Shown piece by piece: positions 40,320-49,646 of a DNA stretch of 64,000 nt. The position numbers and the translations under genes were made by a program. Below the pieces are notes generated by a model. It was not told the origin of the DNA. It did no database searches and saw only the letters and a program-made list of their open reading frames with translations. The DNA is from Alphaproteobacteria bacterium (GTDB taxonomy: Bacteria > Pseudomonadota > Alphaproteobacteria > JACZXZ01): positions 3,135-67,134 of the forward strand of contig JBKQRV010000093.1 in assembly GCA_052143835.1 (NCBI GenBank), given 5' to 3'. Numbering within the stretch: the first letter of the stretch is position 1; every line of letters starts with the position of its first letter.

Positions 40320-40597
40320 GCCGTCGCGCGATCCCCCGCGCAGGCGCTTCGATGGCCCTTTCACCACTGCCTCCTCGCCGGCGGGCGTGCTCCCGGTGTC
40401 GATCTGCTCGCTGCGCCGGATGCATCGGCCGACCCCGGCTCGGTGTCGTCGGCAACATTCCGCGACATCGTTTCTGTTTATTTGCTGATTTCCCCGGCCC
40501 TATGGGGGCCGCTTAGAGCCTGACCGAAAAAGAGTTGAGTGATCTCAGGGTCCTTATCGAGGTGCTCACAGCGAGTGCGACAACGTACGATCCGGAC

Positions 40598-42253
40598 TCA
40601 GTAGTTCCCAGGCGCAATGCACGTCTGTTCCGGACAATACCCCTCCAATCGTTGAGGCCAAATGCAGCAGGCGCGCGACGTACAGAGCTTGTGGTCCATC
40701 AGCTCGAACAGCCACACGTCACTCGGAGAAAACGCGGCGCGCAACTTGGTGAGGTCCTCACCCGCCTGCGCCGCCCGCCAGTACTTTACGACTTTCGCCA
40801 GGGTGAGCGTTGCGCCGGGCGTAAACGGCTCGCGCCCGCCGCCCTGCACGTACATTTGGGCGTAGGCAGCTTCATAGCTGTCCATCGCCTCTCGGTTGTC
40901 GCGCAGCAAGTTTGCGCAGGACACCCAGCCGAGATAGCAGGCGGCAAGAATGCAAGCCGCGCGAGCGGCCAGCATGCCGCGAAAGCAGCCGACCGTGATT
41001 CCGATCACGACGACGGAGAAGACCGCTATGAGAGCGCCATAGTAATAGTTGGACTGGTAGCCTCCCCCGATCGGCGCCGTGATCAGACGGGACAACACAA
41101 GACCCTCGTAAATTGCACACAGGACAAGGAGAACTATTGCCCGCGCTAGCCGCCAGCGCAATTGCGCGCTTGCCCGCGCAGCGGCAGCCCCGATGCCGAC
41201 GGCGAACGGAAAAACGCTTGCGGCGGCGGCGGTCCCGACCGACCGCGGCCAGGCAAACTCAAATTTCAAGATGTTCCAAGCCGACGACAGGATCGTGCCG
41301 AGGTCGAGCTGCGCGAGCAGAGGCGACACCCACGGAGTCGCTCGCGACCCAAGATTGAACGTCCAGCCCCAGAAGTCCATAGTAGGATAGATTCCTTTGG
41401 GCCAATAGTACGTCGTAGCGATTGGAGCGAGCCAAGTGACGAACGCCAAATACAACGCGAACGTGGAGAACAGACAAATCGCCAGAGCGAGGTGCCGACG
41501 TTGGAACAGGGACGGGAACATGATGGGTAGGGCGCCATAGATAACCCAGGCGGTCTCATCGGTACAACAGGTCAGGAGCAGCGCCATATAGAGGACCACG
41601 GCCTTGGTCGAGTATGCGCGCCAATCGCCGGACTGCCAAATCTTCGCCGCCAAATATAGGCAGAAAATGACGAACGAATTAGCGAACGCCTTTGCTGGAA
41701 TCGTCATCATGAGAATGGGCGAAAGAAAGCCCTCCGAGAGCGCATAGAGTCCGACGGCCAGCCGTGCCGCCATTCTGTCCCGCGTAAGGGCGAAGACGGT
41801 GCGGTGAAGAAAATACAACGAGATGAGCGAGAAGAACCATGTCAAAGACAGACTTGGATGCGGCGGCAGATATCCGGCAAGCCAGACGCGGAACATCTGA
41901 TCCAAATGAAAAAAAAGGTACGCTAGAAACCGCCCTCGCCCGCAATCGCTGTTCAAGCAATCAAAGAAGTAACGACCCAACTGGTGCCAATTGAGCGGCG
42001 CGGACCTCAGCGTGATCGCTCCACGCAGCGAGAGCCAGCCGACCGTCGCGGGCCTCAACGGCTGCGATGCGCTGAATATGATTTCGTGTCTTATTCTCCA
42101 TTGCGGGATAAAGTTGAAGACATCGGGCCTCATCCAATTGATGCCGTAGTCCGTCAGGAAGCATGCAAGAAGCGAGAGCGATGCTGCGAGAAATAGCAGC
42201 GCCGACCAATTTTCCAGGGACCTTGCTCTGGAGAAAGCCCGTCCCGCACTCAT
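40598..42253 (-). CDS. Family-A polytopic membrane protein, paralog (D subgroup)
   Basis: GRGRFLAYLFFHLDQMFRVWLAGYLPPHPSLSLTWFFSLISLYFLHR. ATG at 42253. Confidence 0.5.
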   Translation of the reverse strand: MSAGRAFSRARSLENWSALLFLAASLSLLACFLTDYGINWMRPDVFNFIPQWRIRHEIIFSASQPLRPATVGWLSLRGAITLRSAPLNWHQLGRYFFDCLNSDCGRGRFLAYLFFHLDQMFRVWLAGYLPPHPSLSLTWFFSLISLYFLHRTVFALTRDRMAARLAVGLYALSEGFLSPILMMTIPAKAFANSFVIFCLYLAAKIWQSGDWRAYSTKAVVLYMALLLTCCTDETAWVIYGALPIMFPSLFQRRHLALAICLFSTFALYLAFVTWLAPIATTYYWPKGIYPTMDFWGWTFNLGSRATPWVSPLLAQLDLGTILSSAWNILKFEFAWPRSVGTAAAASVFPFAVGIGAAAARASAQLRWRLARAIVLLVLCAIYEGLVLSRLITAPIGGGYQSNYYYGALIAVFSVVVIGITVGCFRGMLAARAACILAACYLGWVSCANLLRDNREAMDSYEAAYAQMYVQGGGREPFTPGATLTLAKVVKYWRAAQAGEDLTKLRAAFSPSDVWLFELMDHKLCTSRACCIWPQRLEGYCPEQTCIAPGNY

Positions 42254-42875
42254 GATGCTCGGCCGGAACAGGATTCAAGGAATCCCGGTGCTTCCGCCGA
42301 TCCTTGCGCGGAAGCGACGCTCAACGCGCTGCCCCGCAGGCCGCTCCACTAGGCCACCTTGGACAGGCCCTTGCCGAGGAAATCGATGAAATGGCAGGAA
42401 ACAGCCAAGAATGCCAGAACCAGGACCAACGTGGCGGCATGGACGGCGTGGGCGTGCGACCACGGGTCGGAGTTGCCCCCAAGGCTGAAGGCGCCGGCGG
42501 CGATGCCTGCAATTCTCGGCTGTCCCGGGAATTCACGCGCGCCAGCCCTTGCGCTCCGGCAGCCGGGCTCTCGGCACGCGGCCTCCCTTGGAAGCAACGC
42601 AGGACTTGAATGGACATGTTCCGCATCTTGAGCCTGGCAACGTCGTCTGCGTGCCCATCTTTACGATAGCATGAGGTAAAGGCAGGCTGAAGTCCCTTTT
42701 GCGCAGCAACGTGACGTGGCATTCTCGCCGCTCATCTGAGGGGGGCCGGGCGGCCAAAATCGGACGTACGCACCTTCACCTCCTCGGCCCCCAAGTTCGC
42801 CGTCGATCCGGGTCCACCTTGCTGCATAGGCCGAAATGGCGCATTCTGACGCGTGCAAGGCCGGTCATTGGGGGA

Positions 42876-43859
42876 ATGTCGGCCAAGGCACCTTCATGGA
42901 TTCCTTCGGAGTGCATGACGATTTCATCGGGCAGAGACATCTCGATCGAAGTTACTCCCGTTCGCCCGCGGCAGGTGATCAAGACACCAATCGATTGTCC
43001 CGTATGCGGCTCGAACCGATACCATGTTCGCTTTCGCGACGAACTGGGCGACCTCGCCGCACACGTGGATTACGATTTTGTCCCCGAGACGCAAAAGGTC
43101 TATCAGATCGTCCGCTGCGACGATTGTGGATTCATCTATACGAATCCGGTGCCGAACCTGGCACTTGCCTATTCCGACAACGTCGATCAGGTGTACCTCT
43201 CCAGCGTGGAGCAACGGCGGCGAACCGCGACGCGCAATGTTGCCCGCCTGATGGCGCGGAATAGGGGCGGCCACGTCCTCGATATCGGCTGTGCCACAGG
43301 CATTTTCCTCGACGCGGCCGCGGCTGCGGGTTTTACCACTGAAGGCATCGAGCTGTCGCAATGGATGCGTGAAGAGGCCGGCCGCAACCACCTTGTCCAC
43401 GTCAAGCCCCTGAGTGATCTTAACTGGGAAGAGCGCTTCGACATCATTACGCTCTGGGGCGTCATCGAGCACCTCAGCGATCCAGCGCGGGAGATGCATC
43501 TCGTGTTCCGCGCACTAAAGCCAGGCGGTTATGTGTTCATCTACACCGGTAATGCCGATTCCTGGCTCGCACGGATCATGGGCCGGCGGTGGTATTGGTA
43601 CATGGGAATGCATCTCATGTATTTTTCAAGGACGACGCTGAAGCGATTGTTGACGAGGATCGGGTTTGTCGGGATTGAAACCGAAGCGCACACGACCTAT
43701 TTTTCCCTCGCCTCGCTGTCGATCAGCTTGCGGCGCTACGCTGCGCTTTCTCCGGTGGTTCGCCTTCTCCAGCATCGGTGGTTTGCTAACCGGGTCATCG
43801 CGCTGACGCTCAGTGGCGAGATGATCATGATCGCCCGCAAGCCGACGACGGCGCCGTAG
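42876..43859 (+). CDS. Zinc-ribbon + class I SAM methyltransferase (paralog of 1807..2703 and 57556..58566)
   Basis: CPVCGS..CDDCGF; VLDIGCATGIF; FDIITLWGVIEHLSDP; LKPGGYVFI. Start taken at MSAKAP; the track ORF starts at 42699. Confidence 0.7.
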   Translation: MSAKAPSWIPSECMTISSGRDISIEVTPVRPRQVIKTPIDCPVCGSNRYHVRFRDELGDLAAHVDYDFVPETQKVYQIVRCDDCGFIYTNPVPNLALAYSDNVDQVYLSSVEQRRRTATRNVARLMARNRGGHVLDIGCATGIFLDAAAAAGFTTEGIELSQWMREEAGRNHLVHVKPLSDLNWEERFDIITLWGVIEHLSDPAREMHLVFRALKPGGYVFIYTGNADSWLARIMGRRWYWYMGMHLMYFSRTTLKRLLTRIGFVGIETEAHTTYFSLASLSISLRRYAALSPVVRLLQHRWFANRVIALTLSGEMIMIARKPTTAP

Positions 43860-44063
43860 GGTCGGCACAGTACACATGACGCGCAAGGGCGCCCCGCGCT
43901 GGCTGATCGTTGCCGCATCCAATCGTTCACCGCGATCCGACGGGCAGCTTCCTGGAGCTGTTATATGGCAAGGTCTTTCTATTGTACGTCGTGCGCCCCA
44001 TCTGCGATGGGATTGTTCGTGGCAGCAAGAGGCAATCGAGTTTTCTCACGGTCTGCTCGTGTT

Positions 44064-45311
44064 ATGAAAACATCTTCAGTCTATCGTGAAATCTCGGTGT
44101 GCCGGATTTGTGGAACCAAAAACCTCGAAAGTATCCTCGACCTCGGAGTGCAGGCGCTTGCCAGCCGCTTTCCCCGTAAGGGCGAGCCGGACCCTCCGCA
44201 AGCGCCGCTCGTGCTGGTGCGGTGCACGCATTGCGGACTCGTCCAACTGCTCCATTCGGTGACGCCAGGAGAACTTTATACCCCCGGTTATGGCTACAAG
44301 TCCGGCGGCAATACCACGATGCAGGCACATCTGGCCGGATTGGCCCGTTGGGTCGAGGAACGCTGCCCGCTAAAGACAGGCGATATTATCGTCGACATCG
44401 GGTCCAACGATGGTACCTTGCTCAAGTCCTTTGCCACCCCTGGCCTCCGGCGGATCGGCATAGATCCGATCGCCGGCAAGTTCCGTGACCAGTACCCCAA
44501 TGACGTGCAGCTCCACGAAAGCTTCTTCTCGGCTGAGACCTACCGCATTGTAAGCGGTGGCGGGAAGGCTAAGGTCGCAACCTCGATCGCCATGTTCTAC
44601 GACCTGGAATCTCCCATGGATTTCGTCGCCGCCGTGAAGGCAGCGCTGCTCCCCGATGGAATATGGGTGTTGGAACAGAGCTATCTGCCAACCATGCTCG
44701 AAGCCAACGCCTTTGACACCATTTGCCATGAGCATTTGGAATACTACGCCTTGCGCCAGATCGAGTATCTAGCCGATACTTCTGGTATGCGTGTCTTTGA
44801 CGTCGAGTTGAATTCATGCAACGGCGGCAGCTTCCGTCTAGCGGTCTGCCAACGGGATGCACCCCACGCCACGCGGGAGGATCGCATCGGGCGGTTGCGC
44901 AAGCTCGAAGGAAAGTTGAAGCTGGATACCCGAGCCCCGTACGACGCCTTCAAGCGGCGGATCGACAAAGTTTGCGAAAAACTGCGGACGTTCGTAGCGG
45001 CCGAGCGTAGAGCCGGCAAGACCTTCTATCTCTATGGCGCCTCCACGAAGGGAAATACGCTCCTCCAATATTGCAAGCTGGATGCGAGCAAAATCGTCGC
45101 TGCGGCGGAGCGTAACCCGGAGAAATGGGGCTGCCGTACGCCGCTGACCGGCATCCCAATTCATTCCGAGGAGGAATGCCGCGCTGCTAGGCCCGATTAT
45201 TTCCTGGTCCTTCCCTGGCATTTTCGTAATGAGTTCGTCGAACGCGAAGCCGAGTTCTTGAGATCCGGCGGCAAGCTCGTCTTTCCTTTGCCCGATTTGG
45301 AAATCGTCTAG
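44064..45311 (+). CDS. Sugar C-methyltransferase (TylCIII/NovU-type, zinc-binding N-domain + MTase + C-terminal domain)
   Basis: CRICGTKNL..CTHCGLVQL zinc knuckle; IVDIGSNDGTLL; CHEHLEYY; C-terminal FYLYGASTKGNTLLQY. Start taken at MKTSSVY; track start 43965. Confidence 0.7.
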   Translation: MKTSSVYREISVCRICGTKNLESILDLGVQALASRFPRKGEPDPPQAPLVLVRCTHCGLVQLLHSVTPGELYTPGYGYKSGGNTTMQAHLAGLARWVEERCPLKTGDIIVDIGSNDGTLLKSFATPGLRRIGIDPIAGKFRDQYPNDVQLHESFFSAETYRIVSGGGKAKVATSIAMFYDLESPMDFVAAVKAALLPDGIWVLEQSYLPTMLEANAFDTICHEHLEYYALRQIEYLADTSGMRVFDVELNSCNGGSFRLAVCQRDAPHATREDRIGRLRKLEGKLKLDTRAPYDAFKRRIDKVCEKLRTFVAAERRAGKTFYLYGASTKGNTLLQYCKLDASKIVAAAERNPEKWGCRTPLTGIPIHSEEECRAARPDYFLVLPWHFRNEFVEREAEFLRSGGKLVFPLPDLEIV

Positions 45312-45313
45312 GA

Positions 45314-46273
45314 ATGGGTACCGCACCTCGGGCTCTCGTCATCGGCGCTGCGGGCCAGGATGGTTCCTACCTCTGCGAGCAGTTGAGGGCGGACGGCCTG
45401 CAAGTCTTCGGCCTGACTCGCCAGGGGCTGAGCGGCCCCGACGGGGCCGAACGGCAGTCGGTCGCCCTATCTGACCGCACTGCCATGGCAGGGCTGATCG
45501 CGAACGGCGGCTTCGATCAAATCTATTACCTCGCCGCCTACCACCATTCGTCCGAAGACCGCCTCGACGCGGAAACCGACATTGTGCGGCGCAGTCTTGC
45601 GGTGCACGTGGACGGGTTGGTCAACGTTCTCGACGCCCTGGTTGCCATCCGGTCGCGCGCGGCACTGTTTTACGCCGCCTCTTCTCATGTCTTCGGCGTC
45701 GTCACGGAAGAGCCTCAGACCGAGCGAACGCCGCTGGCACCGGTCTGCGCCTACGGCATCTCCAAAGCCGCCGGCGTCCAACTCTGTCAATTCTACCGCC
45801 ACGACCAAGGCTTACGCGCCAGTGTCGGGTTCTTGTTCAACCATGAATCGCCGCGGCGGCCCCTGCGTTTCCTTTCGCGCAAGGTCGCCCGCGCCGCCGT
45901 CGAGATACGGCGCGGATTGCGCCGTCAGGTGCGCCTGGGCGACCTTGCGGCGCGCGCAGACTGGGGCTATAGCCCGGAATATACCGACGCCATGCGCCGC
46001 ATCCTTGCTCTCGAAGAAGCCGGCGACTTCGTCATCGCCTCTGGCCGCGGGGCTGCCGTCCGCGATTTCGTCGCGGCCGCCTTCGCCCGGGTCGGATTGG
46101 ACTGGCGCGAGCATGTGGTGATCGATCCGTCGCTGGTTCAGAAGGTCAACCGCGGGTCCCTGGTTGGGAATCCCGCAAAAATCGCGCGGGCAACGGGATG
46201 GTCTGCGCGCACCACTTTGGAGGAATTGGCGGCTCTCATGGTGGATGCGGAATACGCCGCTGTCGAGGCCTGA
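45314..46273 (+). CDS. GDP-mannose 4,6-dehydratase-family NAD(P)-dependent SDR (Rmd-like; catalytic Glu not conserved)
   Basis: ALVIGAAGQDGSYLCEQL; FLFNHESPRRP (GMD-family signature); YGISK (YxxxK). The position aligned to the GMD S/T-S-E triad reads SSH. Confidence 0.7.
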   Translation: MGTAPRALVIGAAGQDGSYLCEQLRADGLQVFGLTRQGLSGPDGAERQSVALSDRTAMAGLIANGGFDQIYYLAAYHHSSEDRLDAETDIVRRSLAVHVDGLVNVLDALVAIRSRAALFYAASSHVFGVVTEEPQTERTPLAPVCAYGISKAAGVQLCQFYRHDQGLRASVGFLFNHESPRRPLRFLSRKVARAAVEIRRGLRRQVRLGDLAARADWGYSPEYTDAMRRILALEEAGDFVIASGRGAAVRDFVAAAFARVGLDWREHVVIDPSLVQKVNRGSLVGNPAKIARATGWSARTTLEELAALMVDAEYAAVEA

Positions 46274-47805
46274 TGCGCGACCAAATCCGAACCCTCGTGA
46301 TGATCCCCACATACAACGAAGCAGAGAACGTCGAACTCATCGTCACCGAGATCCGCGCCACAGGCCTCGACCTCGACCTCCTTTTCGTCGACGACAATTC
46401 GCCCGATGGCACCGGCGCCATTCTCGACCGCTTGGCCGCCGAATACCCGCGTCTCAAAGTCCTGCATCGATCCGGGAAGCAGGGCATCGGTTCGGCCCAT
46501 ATGGCGGGCGTCCGTTGGGCCTACGAGCACGGATATACGAGGCTGGTGACCATGGATTCGGATTTCAGCCACTCGCCATCCGATATCGGGCGTCTATTGT
46601 CGGCCGGCGACGACGTCGACGTGGTGGTTGGCTCGCGCTTCATCGGTCCCCACAGCCTCGATGGCTGGGCGTGGAATCGGAGGCTGTTGACCCATCTCGG
46701 CCATTTCCTCACCACCATCTTCCTCGATCTGCCGCTAGACTGCACCAACGCCTTCCGCTCGTATCGACTCGATCGCATTTCTGCCGGCATTTTCGAGATG
46801 GTGGGGTCGAGAGGCTATTCATTTTTCTATGAATCGCTGCACCGGCTGAATGTCAATGGAGTGAGGATTTCACAAATCGCGATCGACTTGCCGCCGCGCA
46901 CCTACGGCCATTCCAAGATGAAGCTCAAGGACATCCTGCAGAGCGTCCGGTTCTTGTGGCGCCTGGGCTGGCGCACCCGGCTCAATCGCGCTTCCTTGAT
47001 TTACGTGGCGCCGTTCGACGGCGTCGACACCGGCGATAAAGCCCAGGCGGCTTGGGAATCCTATTGGAGCGGCGCGGGGCACGAGGGCAAGTGGCTCTAC
47101 GACTTGGTCGCCGCCATCTACCGGCGTTTTATCATCCGCCCAGCGGTTACCCATTTCCTGAGCAACACCTTCGGCACGGGCGCCAAATTGCTCCACGCCG
47201 GCTGCGGCACCGGCGTGGTGGACATCGGCGCCTACGATCGCTTCAACATCACCGCCTTCGATATTTCGCCGCGAGCGCTTACCGAATACGCCCGCCATCA
47301 CGCGGGGCGAGCGGTGCTCCTGCAGGGTAGCGTGTTCGCGATTCCCGCCGAGCCAGGAAGCTACGACGGTGTCTTCAATCTCGGTGTCATGGAACATTAT
47401 ACCGAGGAGGAGATCGCTCGCATCCTCAGCGAATTCCGCCGCGTGCTGAAGCCTGGCGGCCGAATTGTTCTGTTCTGGCCGCCGGTCTATGGGCTTGCGA
47501 CCCAGGCGCTGAAGCTCATCCATTATGTGCTGAGGCGGATCATGAAGAGGGATATCGCGCTGCACCCGCCGGAACCGACGCAGGTGAGGTCGCGCCGGCA
47601 GATCGAAGACTATTTGGGCGCGACGGGCTTTAAATTGGAAGTTTATTATTTCGGGATTCGCGACATGTTTACCCATCGCATAATCAGTGCGGTGCGCTCT
47701 GGCGAGGAGACATCCGCCGCGACGAGGAGCCGGCCGCCCACGGCGTCGACGCGCGGGAGTAGAGCCAGCGATGAGGAGTCTGGCGCGGCCGTCAAATCTC
47801 GTTGA
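46273..47805 (+). CDS. Bifunctional fusion: N-terminal GT2 polyprenyl-phosphate sugar synthase-like domain + C-terminal class I SAM methyltransferase
   Basis: N-terminal VMIPTYNEAENV, LFVDDNSPDGT, VTMDSDFSHSP; C-terminal LHAGCGTGVV, VFNLGVMEHY, LKPGGRIVL. The ATG overlaps the upstream stop (TGATG). Confidence 0.75.
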   Translation: MRDQIRTLVMIPTYNEAENVELIVTEIRATGLDLDLLFVDDNSPDGTGAILDRLAAEYPRLKVLHRSGKQGIGSAHMAGVRWAYEHGYTRLVTMDSDFSHSPSDIGRLLSAGDDVDVVVGSRFIGPHSLDGWAWNRRLLTHLGHFLTTIFLDLPLDCTNAFRSYRLDRISAGIFEMVGSRGYSFFYESLHRLNVNGVRISQIAIDLPPRTYGHSKMKLKDILQSVRFLWRLGWRTRLNRASLIYVAPFDGVDTGDKAQAAWESYWSGAGHEGKWLYDLVAAIYRRFIIRPAVTHFLSNTFGTGAKLLHAGCGTGVVDIGAYDRFNITAFDISPRALTEYARHHAGRAVLLQGSVFAIPAEPGSYDGVFNLGVMEHYTEEEIARILSEFRRVLKPGGRIVLFWPPVYGLATQALKLIHYVLRRIMKRDIALHPPEPTQVRSRRQIEDYLGATGFKLEVYYFGIRDMFTHRIISAVRSGEETSAATRSRPPTASTRGSRASDEESGAAVKSR

Positions 47806-48037
47806 CACGGGCGCGAATTGATTCTCAATAGGCCGGCAAGCCAAACGGAGCGTTTCGAGCCGCCGGTCCTGTGTGCTCCTGGAGGAGCAGGAATAGTTTC
47901 ACGGATGCGCAACCTGTTTCGTATCGATTCTTTGATGCTCGCTGTTTCCCTGCGGCATTGCATACCCACTACCTCATCAGTCGGCCGCTCCCGATCGTCG
48001 CGGCATAGGCGCCCGCGGTCGCTTTTCAGGCACGTCG

Positions 48038-49525
48038 ATGTTTGATGGAAGGGCGCAAGGTGCGCGGTCCCGAACCTCGCGGCTCGAGCTTTACGTGGCC
48101 GCGCTTTTTTGCTTCGCATCCCTGGTCGTCGTCGCGCTTTGCGTGACGGACTACAGCATCACCTGGATGCACCCGGAAGTGTTCCTCGCGGAACGCAAGC
48201 ACGTGCTGGCTTTGACCGAGCTTCATTGGCGCGACGTCGCGCGCTTTTTCGATTGCGAGGCATTATCGGACATCTGCGCGGAGGCGCGTTTTCTCTCGTA
48301 CTTGACGGGCTATGTGAATTCCTTCTTCCGCCTGTGGCTCGTCCAATATATTCCGCCGCACCCCAGCATCAGCATAACGTGGCTGCTGTCGTTCGCCTCG
48401 CTTTATTTCTTCTACCGCGCGATCGTCCTGCTCACGGATGATCCACCCGCCGCCCTGCTCGGCACGGGGCTGTACGCGCTCTCCGCCGGTTACCTCTCCT
48501 CGCTGCTCATGCTCTTCAATCCCGCCAAGGCGCTGGCCGGCTTCTTCGTCAATTTCTGCCTGTTCCAGGCGACGCGGATCCGGCGCGCGCCCGACCACAG
48601 GGCTTGGTCCGCCGCGGCGGTCATCTTGTATCTTTCGCTCTTCCTCGCCTACTGCTCGGATCAGAGCTGCTGGTTCCTGTGCGGGGGCATCCCCGTTCTG
48701 TTGGTGGAATGGCAGCAGCGCCGCGACTGGCCGTTCCTCGCGTGCGTCGTCGCGACGTTCCCGCTCTTCCTGGCGTTCGTGACTTGGGCGGCACCGGTGA
48801 TCGTGAGATCGCTTTGGGGTTATACGGATTTCGAGTTCTGGAGTTATGTGTTCAATGTCGGCCGAGCGGCCAAGGGGGTGCCGTTCCTGGACCGGCTGAA
48901 CGTGCGGACGCTTGGCGCCATCGCGTACAACATGCTGCATAGCGAGTTCACATGGTGGCGCTCGGGATCGACGGTCGCCGCCCTCAGTCTATTGCCCTTG
49001 GCCGCGGCCATCCTCGCCGCTGCCGGCCTTGCGGGCCGGCAGATGCGGCTGCTTCTTGCCCGGACCGTGCTCCTGTTCGCGCTCTTTACCTGCTACGAGA
49101 GCCTCCTCCTGACTCGTCATTTCGTCGAGGCCGGCACTTTTTACTATGGCGCGCTCTTCCCGAATTTCGCGCTTCTCATGGTCGCCGTCGCGATCAGCTG
49201 CCTGCGCGGCGTCCGCACCGCCCGCGCCGTGGCCTGCTTGGCGGCGATCTATCTCGGCTACATCTCCTTCACTTGGTGCATGTCCTTCAACCGCTATTGG
49301 ATGGGCGTACACGACCGTTTGTACGCGAGGACGGACTTGGTCCCGGAGGACTATGGCCCGCTCACCCTCGGGGCACCTTTGAGCGAGGCCAAGGTCGCCG
49401 CCTACTGGCGGGCCGCGCGGACCGGCGATGACTTTCGCCGCCTGCGGCCGTCGTTCGCGCCCAGGGACATGTGGCTCTTCGAGGAGCTGGACGCCTGGCG
49501 CCGGCGGCAGGGGCTCGATCGCTAA
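48038..49525 (+). CDS. Family-A polytopic membrane protein, paralog (D subgroup)
   Basis: AEARFLSYLTGYVNSFFRLWLVQYIPPHPSISITWLLSFASLYFFYR. ATG at 48038. Confidence 0.5.
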   Translation: MFDGRAQGARSRTSRLELYVAALFCFASLVVVALCVTDYSITWMHPEVFLAERKHVLALTELHWRDVARFFDCEALSDICAEARFLSYLTGYVNSFFRLWLVQYIPPHPSISITWLLSFASLYFFYRAIVLLTDDPPAALLGTGLYALSAGYLSSLLMLFNPAKALAGFFVNFCLFQATRIRRAPDHRAWSAAAVILYLSLFLAYCSDQSCWFLCGGIPVLLVEWQQRRDWPFLACVVATFPLFLAFVTWAAPVIVRSLWGYTDFEFWSYVFNVGRAAKGVPFLDRLNVRTLGAIAYNMLHSEFTWWRSGSTVAALSLLPLAAAILAAAGLAGRQMRLLLARTVLLFALFTCYESLLLTRHFVEAGTFYYGALFPNFALLMVAVAISCLRGVRTARAVACLAAIYLGYISFTWCMSFNRYWMGVHDRLYARTDLVPEDYGPLTLGAPLSEAKVAAYWRAARTGDDFRRLRPSFAPRDMWLFEELDAWRRRQGLDR

Positions 49526-49646
49526 ATCGCGACGCCGCTATGGTCATGCAGCATGCGAAATGAGGCGCGGCGGTTGAGACAAAGCTTTCGAAGAAATCGT
49601 GCTCTGCGGCGAGGCCGTCGGGCGCATGCGCGGCCCGGCTCGCCTT

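Noticed and set aside
40320-40597. Possible terminator hairpin ccccGGCCCtatGGGGCCgc in the convergent gap
   Set aside because: Short GC stem without a clear U-tract on either side; too weak to call.
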